DNA from: Candidatus Poriferihabitaceae bacterium
GTDB taxonomy: Bacteria > Pseudomonadota > Gammaproteobacteria > Arenicellales > Poriferihabitantaceae
DNA length: 64,000 nucleotides
NCBI GenBank assembly: GCA_965213885.1
Contig: OZ243919.1
Location: 154,668-218,667 of the forward strand
Reading direction: 5' to 3'
Shown: piece after piece, positions 1 to 10,179 of the stretch
Layout: each line of letters opens with the position of its first letter
Position numbering within the stretch: position 1 is the first letter of the stretch
Program-made: the position numbers and the translations under genes
Notes under the pieces: generated by a model
Seen by the model: the letters and a program-made list of their open reading frames with translations, nothing else
What the model was told of the DNA's origin: nothing
Databases searched by the model: none

Positions 1-1436
1 TCGAAAACATGGGTGCCCAGATGGTCAAGGAAGTTGCTTCCAAGACGTCCGATGTGGCCGGTGACGGAACCACCACCGCGACCGTTCTGGCCCAGTCCAT
101 GGTGCTGGAGGGCATGAAGGCCGTCGCTGCCGGCATGAACCCGATGGATCTGAAACGCGGCATCGACAAGGCCGTGGTATGCGCCGTCGAGAGCCTCAAG
201 GAACTGTCCCGCCCCTGCGCCGATCACAAGGAGATCGCCCAGGTCGGCACCGTGTCCGCCAATGCGGACACCGCCATCGGCAATATCATCGCCGAGGCCA
301 TGGAGAAGGTGGGCAAGGAAGGTGTCATCACCGTTGAAGAGGGCAATGTGCTCGATAACGAACTGGATGTCGTTGAAGGCATGCAGTTCGATCGCGGCTA
401 CCTGTCACCCTATTTCATCAACAACCAGGACAGCATGTCGGTGGAACTGGAGAGTCCCTATATCCTGATTCACGACAAGAAGATCTCCAATATCCGTGAT
501 CTGCTGCCTACCCTGGAGGGTGTCGCCAAGGCCAGCCGTCCGCTGATGGTGATCGCCGAGGACGTTGACGGGGAAGCCCTGGCAACCCTGGTGGTCAACA
601 ACATCCGCGGCATCGTCAAGGTGTGCGCGGTGAAGGCTCCCGGTTTCGGCGATCGCCGCAAGGCCATGCTGGAGGACATCGCGATCCTCACCGGCGGCCG
701 CGTGGTCAGCGAAGAGGTCGGCATGAGCCTGGAAGGCGTTTCCCTGGAAGATCTGGGTCAGGCCAAACGCATCCAGGTTACCAAGGAGAACACCACCATC
801 ATTGATGGGGCGGGCGCCAGCACGGACATCGAGGCCCGCGTCGGTGCCATCCGGGTCCAGATCGAGGAGGCGACTTCCGATTACGACCGCGAGAAGATGC
901 AGGAACGTGTGGCCAAGCTGGCCGGAGGCGTTGCTGTCATCAAGGTCGGCGCCGCCACTGAAGTGGAAATGAAGGAAAAGAAGGCCCGCGTTGAAGACGC
1001 ACTGCATGCCACCCGTGCCGCGGTGGAAGAGGGCGTGGTACCCGGCGGCGGGGCCGCCCTGGTTCGCTGCGTCGATTCCGTCAAGGAAGTTTCCGGTGAC
1101 AACCCCGATCAGGACATGGGTGTTCGCATCGTCCTGCGTTCGCTGGAGGAACCCCTGCGCCAGATCGTTGCCAATGCCGGTGACGACGCGTCCGTGGTAC
1201 TCAACGCGGTCGCCCAGAACACGGGGTCCTACGGCTACAATGCCACCACCAGCGACTACGGTGACATGATCGAAATGGGCATTCTGGATCCCACGAAGGT
1301 TGCCCGCACCGCGCTGCAGAACGCCGCTTCTATCGCCGGCCTCCTGGTAACCACCGAGGCCATGGTCGCGGAGATTCCGGAAGAGAAGCCGGCACCCCCG
1401 ATGCCCGATATGGGCGGAATGGGCGGCATGATGTAA
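1..1436 (+). CDS. groEL: Chaperonin GroEL (Cpn60), 5' end cut by window edge
   Basis: Translation ..[32 protein letters not shown].., PGGGAALV, and a C-terminal GGMGGMM tail are canonical GroEL. The frame is open from base 3. Confidence 0.97.
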   Translation, partial: ENMGAQMVKEVASKTSDVAGDGTTTATVLAQSMVLEGMKAVAAGMNPMDLKRGIDKAVVCAVESLKELSRPCADHKEIAQVGTVSANADTAIGNIIAEAMEKVGKEGVITVEEGNVLDNELDVVEGMQFDRGYLSPYFINNQDSMSVELESPYILIHDKKISNIRDLLPTLEGVAKASRPLMVIAEDVDGEALATLVVNNIRGIVKVCAVKAPGFGDRRKAMLEDIAILTGGRVVSEEVGMSLEGVSLEDLGQAKRIQVTKENTTIIDGAGASTDIEARVGAIRVQIEEATSDYDREKMQERVAKLAGGVAVIKVGAATEVEMKEKKARVEDALHATRAAVEEGVVPGGGAALVRCVDSVKEVSGDNPDQDMGVRIVLRSLEEPLRQIVANAGDDASVVLNAVAQNTGSYGYNATTSDYGDMIEMGILDPTKVARTALQNAASIAGLLVTTEAMVAEIPEEKPAPPMPDMGGMGGMM

Positions 1437-1460
1437 TCAGGCCGTTCATCGGAGACCGCG

Positions 1461-1487
1461 AAAGCCCCGCCCCTGGCGGGGCTTTTG
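1461..1487 (+). terminator. Rho-independent terminator after groEL
   Basis: aaagccccgcc-cctg-gcggggctttt: GC stem followed by a T-run, 25 nt after the stop. Confidence 0.6.
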
Positions 1488-1631
1488 CCGTCCTTCCCCG
1501 TACGGTTTTCCCCGGCGTCGGCATCCGGATCCTGCCAGGGAATGGCAGGGGCATAACAGCATGGCCGCAAGCTGTTAGAATCCGTTCATCGGCAGTGAAC
1601 CGGCGGGAGCGGCGTCCCGGTCTCCCGGCGA

Positions 1632-2576
1632 ATGTCCGAAGTTGGCCTGATAAACCCGAAGATTCACTTGACCTTCCAAGATCTCATATTGAGGCTGCAG
1701 AATTACTGGGCCGGGAAAGGATGCGTCATCATGCAGCCCTACGACATGGAAGTGGGCGCGGGCACGTTCCACACGGCGACATTCCTCGCCGCTGTGGGAC
1801 CGGAGCCGTTTCACACCGCCTATGTCCAGCCGTCGCGCCGGCCCACGGACGGCCGCTACGGCGACAACCCGAACCGCCTGCAGCATTACTTCCAGTACCA
1901 GGTGATCCTGAAGCCCTCACCGGACAATTTCCAGGACCTGTATCTGGATTCCCTGCGTGAGCTGGGATTCGACCTTCTGAAGGATGATGTCCGGTTCGTC
2001 GAGGACGACTGGGAATCACCGACGCTCGGCGCCTGGGGGCTCGGCTGGGAGGTGTGGCTGAACGGCATGGAGGTCAGCCAGTTCACCTATTTCCAGCAGG
2101 TCGGCGGCCTCGATTGCAAACCGGTCACCGGTGAAATCACCTATGGCCTTGAACGGATCGGCATGTACCTCCAGGGCGTGGACAGCATATTTGACCTCGT
2201 CTGGAACGATGGTCCTGCCGGACGTTACACCTATCGCGACATCTACCACCAGAACGAAGTCGAGCAGTCCGCCTACAATTTTGACCACGCCAACGTGGAT
2301 TTCCTGCTGGACCAGTTCAATGAGGCGGAAAGCATGTGCCGGCTGCTGCTTGCCGAGAAGCTGCCGCTACCCGCCTATGAGCAGGTGCTGACCGCGTCCC
2401 ACAGCTTCAACCTGCTGGATGCACGACACGCCATCGGCGTCACCGAGAGGGCACGCTATATCGGCCGCGTGCGCGCCATGGCCCGGGGCGTGGCCCAGGC
2501 CTACTACGAAAGCCGCGAAGCCCTGGGATTTCCCCGGGGCCGTACCCCGCGCCGGCGGAGACGGAGAAGCGCCTGA
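1632..2576 (+). CDS. glyQ: Glycine--tRNA ligase alpha subunit
   Basis: [69 protein letters not shown]: near-colinear with E. coli GlyQ as recalled. The stop overlaps the glyS ATG (ATGA). Confidence 0.97.
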   Translation: MSEVGLINPKIHLTFQDLILRLQNYWAGKGCVIMQPYDMEVGAGTFHTATFLAAVGPEPFHTAYVQPSRRPTDGRYGDNPNRLQHYFQYQVILKPSPDNFQDLYLDSLRELGFDLLKDDVRFVEDDWESPTLGAWGLGWEVWLNGMEVSQFTYFQQVGGLDCKPVTGEITYGLERIGMYLQGVDSIFDLVWNDGPAGRYTYRDIYHQNEVEQSAYNFDHANVDFLLDQFNEAESMCRLLLAEKLPLPAYEQVLTASHSFNLLDARHAIGVTERARYIGRVRAMARGVAQAYYESREALGFPRGRTPRRRRRRSA

Positions 2577-4708
2577 TGGCTGTCGCCCGACGCAGGCCAG
2601 TGGCAGCCCGCCCCCGCAACCTGTTGCTGGAGATCGGCACCGAGGAACTGCCGCCGAAGTCACTGAAGTCGCTGGGCGAATGCTTTGCAAGGGCCGTGCA
2701 CGAGGCCCTGCACGAAGCCGGCGTAGGCCCCGAAGGCGGTGACTCCTGCCGCTGGTACGCCACGCCGCGCAGGCTCGCGGTCTGGGTGGGGAAGGTGAAA
2801 CCGCGCCAGCCCGACAGGATCGAGGAACGCAGGGGGCCCTCGGTCCGTGCGGCATTCGACGAGCATGGCAGGCCCACGCCCGCCGCCCTCGGGTTTGCCA
2901 GGTCCTGCGGTGTCGGTGTGGACAGACTGGGCCGGCAGGCCACCGCCCAGGGTGAGTGGCTCCTGTACCGGCGCAAGGTAGCGGGGGAGCGTATCCGTGA
3001 CATCGTGGAGCGGGCTCTGGAACAGGCCATACGCGGATTGCCCGTTGCCAGGCGAATGCGCTGGGGGGGCGGCACCGAGGAATTTGTCCGGCCGGTTCAC
3101 TGGCTGCTGGCCATGTACGGCAGCGAGGCGCTGAAGGTTTCCGCCCTGGGGCAGAAGGCCGGGAAGTGCACCTATGGCCACCGTTTCCACTCCCGTGGGG
3201 AGATCCGCATCCTGTCGGCGGACCGCTATCTCGATACGCTGAAGAAGGAGGGGCTGGTGATCGCCGACTACGGGGAACGGCAGAAACTGATCGTGCGACA
3301 GGTGACCAGGCTCGCCCGTCGCAACGGCGGCACGGCGGTCATGGACCCGGCATTGCTGGATGAAGTCACCGGGCTGGTCGAATGGCCCCAGGCACTGTAC
3401 GGGGAGTTCGACCGCCGGTTCCTGAAAGTGCCCCCGGAAGTGCTCGTTTCATCCATGCAGGACCATCAGAAGTATTTCCACCTGGAAGACGGCCGGGGCA
3501 GGCTGCTGCCGGGATTCATCACCGTGAGCAACATTCGCAGCCGCTCCCCCAAACGGGTTCGAAGCGGCAACGAAAGGGTGCTGCGGGCGAGGTTGGCGGA
3601 TGCCGAGTTTTTCTGGCTGAGTGACCAGAAGCAGCCTCTGGCCAGCCGGCGCGGGGCCCTCGACCGGGTGCTTTTCCACGAGCGGCTGGGCTCCATCGGG
3701 GCCAAGGTGGAGCGGATTCGCGCCCTGGCCCTGAAGGTCGCCGGTCCGGTCGGGGCCAACACGGAACTGGTGACGCGTGCCAGCGATCTTTGCAAGACGG
3801 ACCTGGTGACGGACCTGGTGGGGGAGTTTCCGGAACTGCAGGGGATCGTCGGCGGCTACTATGCCTCCGCCAGCGGCGAGGACAGGGCGGTGAGCAACGC
3901 GATCCGGGAGCACTACAGGCCCAGGTTCGCCGGGGACGGACTGCCCCGCGGGAGTGTTTCCCGTTGTCTGGCCCTTGCGGACCGCGTCGACAGCCTCGCG
4001 GGCATTTTCGCCTGCGGAGAGCTTCCCTCCGGCGACAGGGATCCCTATGCCCTGCGGCGGGCGGCCCTGGGAATTCTCCGGATCCTGATTGAGGAGCGCA
4101 TCGATCTCGATCTTTATCGGCTGATCGAACTGGCCATGCGCCAGATCGATCGCCATGGAGAAAACCTGGACACTTCCGATGCAACCGTGCAGCAGGTCTT
4201 CGGCTTTGTCACCGAACGGTTGCGGGCCTATTACCTGTCCATGGGGTTCGATGCCCTTGAAATCGCTGCCGTGGTGGCGGTAGCAACCCGCAGCCCGCTG
4301 GATTTTCACCGCCGCCTGACTGCGGTGCACGACTTCTTCGGCAACGAGCCCGAGGCGGCACGGTCACTGGCATCCGCGAACAAGCGGATCGTCAACATCC
4401 TGGCAAACCAGGAGATCGACGAAGGCAGAATCCCGGATGCCGCGCTGCTCAGGGAGCCGGCGGAGATCGCGTTGGCGAAGAAGCTGGACAAGGTCGGCGC
4501 CAAGGCCGGCCAGCATCTTGCCGGGGGGCGCTACGGCCGGGGACTGATGGCATTGGCAAGTCTGAAGAAACCGGTGGACAGGTTCTTCGACCGGGTCATG
4601 GTCATGGACGGGGATCCTGCTGTCAGGTGCAACCGGCTGGCGCTGTTGGCCAGGATCCGTGGGCTGTTCCTGGCGGTGGCGGATATCTCCGTGGTCAGGG
4701 CGGAATGA
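2576..4708 (+). CDS. glyS: Glycine--tRNA ligase beta subunit
   Basis: LLLEIGTEELPPKSL N-terminus, 710 aa, immediately after glyQ. An Arg-rich 15-aa N-terminal extension makes the exact start uncertain. Confidence 0.94.
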   Translation: MAVARRRPVAARPRNLLLEIGTEELPPKSLKSLGECFARAVHEALHEAGVGPEGGDSCRWYATPRRLAVWVGKVKPRQPDRIEERRGPSVRAAFDEHGRPTPAALGFARSCGVGVDRLGRQATAQGEWLLYRRKVAGERIRDIVERALEQAIRGLPVARRMRWGGGTEEFVRPVHWLLAMYGSEALKVSALGQKAGKCTYGHRFHSRGEIRILSADRYLDTLKKEGLVIADYGERQKLIVRQVTRLARRNGGTAVMDPALLDEVTGLVEWPQALYGEFDRRFLKVPPEVLVSSMQDHQKYFHLEDGRGRLLPGFITVSNIRSRSPKRVRSGNERVLRARLADAEFFWLSDQKQPLASRRGALDRVLFHERLGSIGAKVERIRALALKVAGPVGANTELVTRASDLCKTDLVTDLVGEFPELQGIVGGYYASASGEDRAVSNAIREHYRPRFAGDGLPRGSVSRCLALADRVDSLAGIFACGELPSGDRDPYALRRAALGILRILIEERIDLDLYRLIELAMRQIDRHGENLDTSDATVQQVFGFVTERLRAYYLSMGFDALEIAAVVAVATRSPLDFHRRLTAVHDFFGNEPEAARSLASANKRIVNILANQEIDEGRIPDAALLREPAEIALAKKLDKVGAKAGQHLAGGRYGRGLMALASLKKPVDRFFDRVMVMDGDPAVRCNRLALLARIRGLFLAVADISVVRAE

Positions 4709-5073
4709 TGGGGGAGAAGCAGGACCGGGACAGGAATTCGTTTGTGGAAATGATGGCGGAGGTTCGCGCCTTCCACCGCAAGCACCGTTTCAGGGAGAGG
4801 GGCGGGGAGGATCTGGTGTACCGCCTTGCCCTGATGACAGAGGAGCTCGGCGAGATCGCCGACTGCGTGACCAAGGGGAAGTCGCGGGACCAACTGGCCA
4901 CGGAATGCGCCGATCTGCTGATCCTGCTCATGGGCAACGCGGTCGCTGCAAACTTCGACCTCGGCGAGGCGTTCTGGCGCAAGATGGCGGAAGTCAACCA
5001 GCGGGGCGAGCGCATCGTGGATGGCAGGGTGCGCGTAACCGCCTACCGCGACGAAGAGGAAACCGGGCACTGA
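4705..5073 (+). CDS. Small MazG-like nucleotide pyrophosphohydrolase domain protein
   Basis: ALMTEELGEIADCV...ECADLLILLMG..A: the EExxE/D helix pattern of MazG-type all-alpha NTP-PPases. I placed the start at the ATG overlapping the glyS stop (ATGA), not at the track start 4627, which lies inside glyS. Confidence 0.6.
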   Translation: MMGEKQDRDRNSFVEMMAEVRAFHRKHRFRERGGEDLVYRLALMTEELGEIADCVTKGKSRDQLATECADLLILLMGNAVAANFDLGEAFWRKMAEVNQRGERIVDGRVRVTAYRDEEETGH

Positions 5074-5370
5074 GCCGCACTCGGGGATGGTGGCAAAGTC
5101 AACACCTGCATGGGCCGGAGGGGCGCCCGGTACGGGTGCGGTTTCGTTCGGCGTCGATCCGCCGATTGGCGGCAGGCCAGGACGGGGGACGCGTGCGCCA
5201 ATCCCCGGGCCGGTCATAGTCATTATTCATCCATCGGTGATTTTGTTACCATCCCGGGGATCAGAGGCTTTCCCTTTTGGCGCAGACAACCCAATTCCTC
5301 CCGATGACTGCCGGCCTGGGGGCATCACATTCCGTGCATTCCGGTACCGGAATCTGTCCGTGACGGACTG

Positions 5371-5949
5371 ATGGATTCCACCAGGATAGTCGTTGTGGGC
5401 CGTGACGGCGTCATCAACCGGGATTCCGACGACGGCATCAGGTCGCCGGCGGAGTGGGAACCGTTGCCCGGCAGCCTCGAGGCAATCGCCCGACTGTGCC
5501 ATGCCGACTACCGTGTCGTGGTGATGACCAACCAGCCCGGCATCGCGAGGGGACATTTGACCCTGAATGCCCTGAACCGCATTCATCAGGAGATGCTCAA
5601 GCATCTGCATGCCCTTGGCGGGGAAATCGATGCGATCTTCTTCTGTCCTCATGGGCCCGGCGATGGATGCCGGTGCCGCAAGCCCCTGCCGGGCCTGTTT
5701 GCTGACCTGCAGCAACGCCTGAAATGCAATCTCAACGGCGTGGATGCCGTGGGAGACTCCCTGCAGGACCTGCGGGCCGCCCGGGCTGCACACGCCAATC
5801 CCGTGCTGGTGCGTACCGGAAGAGGCCTCGGGACCGAGGCCGCCCTGACCGCCGGGGAGGACGCCGGCGAAATCGGCGAAGTGGCGGTCCACGACGACCT
5901 TGCGGCGTACGTGGAATCATTGCGTGACCGGGGGCTCCTGGCCTCATGA
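5371..5949 (+). CDS. gmhB: D-glycero-D-manno-heptose 1,7-bisphosphate phosphatase-like HAD-IIIA protein
   Basis: MTNQPGIARG, the zinc-loop pattern FCPHGPGDGCRCRKPLPG, and VGDSLQDL match GmhB. Motif I reads VGRDGVIN where FLDRDGTIN is expected (see findings). Confidence 0.8.
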   Translation: MDSTRIVVVGRDGVINRDSDDGIRSPAEWEPLPGSLEAIARLCHADYRVVVMTNQPGIARGHLTLNALNRIHQEMLKHLHALGGEIDAIFFCPHGPGDGCRCRKPLPGLFADLQQRLKCNLNGVDAVGDSLQDLRAARAAHANPVLVRTGRGLGTEAALTAGEDAGEIGEVAVHDDLAAYVESLRDRGLLAS

Positions 5950-6662
5950 CCGGAGTCAGATCGCTGATCTACCTGGTGGGACAGATTGTCAGCGCGGTCA
6001 TCATCGAAATCGCCATACTGCTGAGCATGCCGTTTCCCCGCCGCGTCACGGACCGGGTGATCGGCACCTGGGCAAAGTTCAATATCTGGACGCTGAAAGT
6101 GGTGTGCGGACTCGACTACCGGGTTCAGGGACTGGAAAATCTCCCCGACGGGCCGACCATCGTCATCTCCAATCACCAGTCAGCCTGGGAAACGCTCTGT
6201 TTCCAGCTGTTCTTCCCGCCGGTTTCCTTCGTCCTCAAGCGTCAGCTCCTGTGGATTCCGATCTTTGGCTGGGGGCTCGCAGCCTACCAACCCGTCGCCA
6301 TTGACCGGTCAAAGAAGATGCGCGCACTGGACCAGCTGATCCATCAGGGAATCGAAAGGCTGTCCAACGGCAGGTGGCTGGTGATCTATCCCGAGGGGAC
6401 CCGGATGATGCCAGGTTCCCCGGGCACGTTTCAGGCGGGAGGCGCCATGATATCCAGCAGGTCGGGGGCGCCGATTCTTCCGGTGGCGCATAACGCGGGC
6501 GTGTTCTGGCCGCGCAGGAGTTTTCTCAAGTACCCGGGCACCATCGACGTGGTGATTGGCGCACCGGTCTGGCCCGAAGGGAGAAAGGCGCGTGCGATCA
6601 ATGGAGAGGTGGAAAACTGGATCCGGGCCCGAATGTCCGAACTGCCCGGGACCCGGGGCTGA
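5946..6662 (+). CDS. plsC: 1-acyl-sn-glycerol-3-phosphate acyltransferase family protein
   Basis: NHQSAWET (HX4D/E acyltransferase box) and IYPEGTR motif, with an N-terminal TM segment. The start overlaps the gmhB stop (ATGA). Confidence 0.8.
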   Translation: MTGVRSLIYLVGQIVSAVIIEIAILLSMPFPRRVTDRVIGTWAKFNIWTLKVVCGLDYRVQGLENLPDGPTIVISNHQSAWETLCFQLFFPPVSFVLKRQLLWIPIFGWGLAAYQPVAIDRSKKMRALDQLIHQGIERLSNGRWLVIYPEGTRMMPGSPGTFQAGGAMISSRSGAPILPVAHNAGVFWPRRSFLKYPGTIDVVIGAPVWPEGRKARAINGEVENWIRARMSELPGTRG

Positions 6663-6761
6663 CACAGGGGGTGCCGGCCGGCGCCGGGGAACCGGGCTCC
6701 GTCCCGGCAATGCCCGGGATGCACCATCCGCGAATTCCTGCCGCGCCGCGCGGCGGTGATT

Positions 6762-7568
6762 TCACGAGCGCCGGGCGATCACGGTTGACAGCCGGACGTA
6801 ATCCCCGGGTCCCAGGGCTTCTGCCCGCAGCGAGGACTCGATCCCGGCCTCGTGGAACTGCGCCGGCGTGACGAGTTCACGCAGCGTGTTTCGCAGTGTC
6901 TTGCGGCGCCGGGAAAATGCCGCGGACACCAGCTGGCCCACCAGCCCGCGGTCCATGGCCATTGGAGCAGGGCGGGGGACGAGCCGGACGATGCTGGAAT
7001 CCACTCTGGGTGGTGGCGTAAAGGCTGCCGGGGGAACGTCGAACAGCCTTTCGCATTCCAATTCCAGGGCCAGCATGACCGACAGGCGCCCGTAGGCCTT
7101 TTCGCCCGGAGCGGCTGCGATCCTGGAGGCGACCTCCTTTTGCACCATGAACACCATCGCGTCGATCTGCGGTAGTTGATCGAGCAGGTGGAACAGCAGC
7201 GGGGTGGAGATGTTGTAGGGCAGATTGCCCACCACGCGGAAGGGTGTATCCGGACAGCGACGCGGCAGAGCGGCCAGGTCGCAGCGCAGGATGTCCATCT
7301 CAAGGAGGTTCAGCCGTTCGGGTCCGAAGCGCCCGCTCAGCCGGGCGATCAGGTCCCGGTCGAGTTCCACTGCCGTGATTTCCGGCAGCCGCTCCAGCAA
7401 TTGTTCCGTGAGTGCCCCGAGTCCCGGGCCGATTTCCAGCAGATTGCAGGGATTGCCGGCACATCCCAACCGGGCGATGCGATCCAGGACCTGCCGGTCA
7501 TGCAGGAAATGCTGTCCAAACCGCTTGCGCGGTGGATGCCGGGCCATGGACCTGTCGTCGCCGTTCAT
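6762..7568 (-). CDS. rsmA: 16S rRNA (adenine1518/1519-N6)-dimethyltransferase
   Basis: RKRFGQHFLHD, LEIGPGLGALT, VVGNLPYNISTP motifs; sits downstream of pdxA as in the classical pdxA-ksgA arrangement. Confidence 0.93.
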   Translation of the reverse strand: MNGDDRSMARHPPRKRFGQHFLHDRQVLDRIARLGCAGNPCNLLEIGPGLGALTEQLLERLPEITAVELDRDLIARLSGRFGPERLNLLEMDILRCDLAALPRRCPDTPFRVVGNLPYNISTPLLFHLLDQLPQIDAMVFMVQKEVASRIAAAPGEKAYGRLSVMLALELECERLFDVPPAAFTPPPRVDSSIVRLVPRPAPMAMDRGLVGQLVSAAFSRRRKTLRNTLRELVTPAQFHEAGIESSLRAEALGPGDYVRLSTVIARRS

Positions 7569-7571
7569 GGG

Positions 7572-8585
7572 TCAGGCTCCCCCAGGTGGATTTCCCCCGG
7601 AGAATGCCATGGCGAGGCGGATCGCCGAGACCAGGCTTGAGGCGCTGGCCCGGCCGCTGCCGGCGAGATCAAGCGCAGTGCCGTGATCCACGGAAGTGCG
7701 GATCAGCGGCAATCCCAGGGTGACATTGACCACCTCACCGAAGTCACGGTGCTTGACCACCGGCAAACCCTGGTCATGGTACATCGCCAGAACGGCGTCC
7801 AGATTCCCGAGCACGGACGGCGTGAATGCGGTGTCTGCCGGAAGGGGACCTGTCAGCCTCATGCCCCCGGACCTGAGGGACTGCATCACCGGGACGATGG
7901 TATCGACCTCCTCCGTTCCCATGTGGCCGCTTTCGCCGGCATGGGGGTTGAGACCGAGGACGCCGATCACCGGCCTGTGCAGTCCGTAGAGGCGGCTGAT
8001 GTCCCGGTCCACGATCTCGAGGACACGGGTCAGGTGTTCGCGGGTGATGGCCGGGGGCACTTCCGCGAGGGGCAGGTGGGTCGTCGCCAGGCAGACGCGG
8101 AGCCCGGGGCCGGCCAGCATCATCACCGGCATGTCGCCGCCGACGCGCTTCGAAATCCATTCCGTGTGCCCCCGGAAGGAGATGCCGGCATCGTTGATGA
8201 CCGCCTTGTGCACCGGGGCAGTGACCATGGCGTCGGCCCGGCCATCCAGGCACAGGTCGACTGCGGTTTCGATGCCGCGGACAACCGCCCGGGCATTCTC
8301 CGGGTCGAGGTGTCCTGCCCTGACGGCCCTGGAGCCGGGTACGTCGATGACCGGGATCAGTCCCGCACGGTGTGTCGCCGGGGGACTGCCGGGGTCGATG
8401 GTCCGGACTTCCACATCGAGTCCCAACGTGCCGGCACGCCGACGGAGGGTCTTGCTGTCTCCGAGTACGGTAATTGCGGCGGCGTGGGGTTCCGAGAGCG
8501 CCATCAGAACGATATCCGGACCGATGCCCGCCGGTTCGCCGACGGTGACGACAATTCGGGGTAGGCCGGAACGGGTCACGCCCAT
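7572..8585 (-). CDS. pdxA: 4-hydroxythreonine-4-phosphate dehydrogenase
   Basis: GEPAGIGPDI, GHTEW, TTHLPLAEVP, GLNPHAGE, TSVDHGTALDLAG motifs. Confidence 0.93.
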   Translation of the reverse strand: MGVTRSGLPRIVVTVGEPAGIGPDIVLMALSEPHAAAITVLGDSKTLRRRAGTLGLDVEVRTIDPGSPPATHRAGLIPVIDVPGSRAVRAGHLDPENARAVVRGIETAVDLCLDGRADAMVTAPVHKAVINDAGISFRGHTEWISKRVGGDMPVMMLAGPGLRVCLATTHLPLAEVPPAITREHLTRVLEIVDRDISRLYGLHRPVIGVLGLNPHAGESGHMGTEEVDTIVPVMQSLRSGGMRLTGPLPADTAFTPSVLGNLDAVLAMYHDQGLPVVKHRDFGEVVNVTLGLPLIRTSVDHGTALDLAGSGRASASSLVSAIRLAMAFSGGNPPGGA

Positions 8586-8633
8586 TGAGCGCCGGCCGGG
8601 ATGCGCGGATTTGCCCGTGGCGGTCGTATCCGC

Positions 8634-9050
8634 TCAGTCATTGACTCCCTCCAGCCAGAACAGATCGGCCTCGATCCAGCCAAACCGCTCGAAATCCACC
8701 CGGCCCCGGCGGTCGAACACTACCCCCTCGGACTGCAGCAGTCCGCGCTGTACGGAATCCCCCCGGCCGTCCTTCCGGAGGCTGATCTCCCCGCGGCTGT
8801 TGATGACCCGGTGCCAGGGAACGTTGTCCCCGGCATTCAGCGCTGCCATGGCGTAGCCCACCTGTCTCGGCCCGGTTCTGACCATTCTGGCAATTCCCCC
8901 ATAGCTGGCCACCTGCCCGGGAGGAATGCGCCGGACCACGTGGTAGATCCGCTGGTAAAGGCTTTCGCCGTTCTGGTCATCCGGCACGATGGGTCGTCTG
9001 GAGTTGGTCTTGGCATGAATTATATGGGACTTGTAAACCAGAGTTGACAA
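8634..9050 (-). CDS. Alkyltransferase-like protein (ATL; MGMT DNA-binding domain without the acceptor Cys)
   Basis: IPPGQVASYGGIA...PRQVG...VPWHRVIN: the PCHRV active site of O6-alkylguanine transferases is replaced by PWHRV, as in E. coli YbaZ/Atl. Confidence 0.75.
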   Translation of the reverse strand: MSTLVYKSHIIHAKTNSRRPIVPDDQNGESLYQRIYHVVRRIPPGQVASYGGIARMVRTGPRQVGYAMAALNAGDNVPWHRVINSRGEISLRKDGRGDSVQRGLLQSEGVVFDRRGRVDFERFGWIEADLFWLEGVND

Positions 9051-9373
9051 CCTCAGCCACCAACTTCAGGTTCATGGATGATGGTTCGCCGGAGTGGCCA
9101 ACGCCATCGCTCCTCGCCGTCCGGTTGCCCGTCTCCCCCGGTTCTTCGGGGATTGAGATTGCTCCTGGACACCCGGTTGCCGTCGCTTCCCGTTCCGGGC
9201 CAGACGCGCCCGGCGACGTCGGGACTTCCGGGATTTGCCGTCCATCCCACTCCTGGCGCCGAAGAATGTTCCGCCTGCAACCTGATTCGATTCGCCAGCC
9301 AATGGGATGCCGGATTGGCGAGAGGGCTTTGACAACGTCATCATGATGTATGAAACAATCCAGGACAAACATC

Positions 9374-9404
9374 AATCGTTTCAGGGAAAATGAAACGATT
9401 TTCC
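9374..9404. promoter_or_regulatory. Inverted repeat / weak Fur-like site in the exbB leader
   Basis: Perfect 9-bp inverted repeat aatcgtttc-N9-gaaacgatt (9374-9400). The overlapping gaaaatgaaacgattttcc matches 11/19 of the Fur consensus by eye. Confidence 0.25.
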
Positions 9405-9546
9405 AGGTTCCGCGATGGCATCAGGGTCGGGGCTGGCATCACGGAACCGGGGGAATCTCCAGGGTTCTGCAGAAGGGCATCCCGGACCGCATCGAATAGA
9501 CCCTTGGCGGTGAAATGACTACACTAGCCGACACGTTCGCAAGACA

Positions 9547-10167
9547 GTGTCCGCATCAGACATGTTTGAATTGCTCAAGGCCGGCGGCTTTCTGATTTGG
9601 CCCATTCTCCTTTGCTCCGTGATTTCACTGGCGATCATCCTGGAACGCACCCTGGCGCTGAAGTCCAGTGACGTGGCGCCGCCGGCACTGCTGGACCAGA
9701 TTCGCGACGACCTGAGGCAGGGCAGGCTGGATGCAGAAGCCATCAACGCGATCGAGGAGAATTCGCCACTGGGCAGGGTCCTGGCTGCCGGGCTGCGCAA
9801 TCCCAACCAGCACCGCGTGGTGATCAAGGAATCCATCGAGGAGGCCGGGCGGCATGTCGTGCACGACCTGGAAAGAAACCTGCCCACCCTGGGGACCATC
9901 GCCAATATCACCCCGTTACTCGGCCTCCTGGGAACCGTGATCGGCATGATCAAGGTCTTCTCCGCCATCACCACCTTCGGCGTCGGCGACCCCCAGGCCC
10001 TGGCGGAAGGTATTTCCGAAGCCCTGGTCACGACCGCGGCCGGCCTGTCGGTGGGCATTCCCAGCCTGTTGTTCTATCGCTACTTCCGCAGCAAGGTGAG
10101 TTCCCTCACCGTGGACATGGAGCAGCAGGCACTCATGTTCATGAAGATCCTGCAGCGGGAAGGTTAG
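9547..10167 (+). CDS. exbB: MotA/TolQ/ExbB proton-channel family protein
   Basis: LKAGGFLIWPILLCSVISLAIILER, ..LPTLGTIANITPLLGLLGTVIGMI.., ALVTTAAGLSVGIP motifs. GTG start; an in-frame ATG at 9562 is an alternative. Confidence 0.85.
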   Translation: MSASDMFELLKAGGFLIWPILLCSVISLAIILERTLALKSSDVAPPALLDQIRDDLRQGRLDAEAINAIEENSPLGRVLAAGLRNPNQHRVVIKESIEEAGRHVVHDLERNLPTLGTIANITPLLGLLGTVIGMIKVFSAITTFGVGDPQALAEGISEALVTTAAGLSVGIPSLLFYRYFRSKVSSLTVDMEQQALMFMKILQREG

Positions 10168-10179
10168 CCGGGCGGGGAC

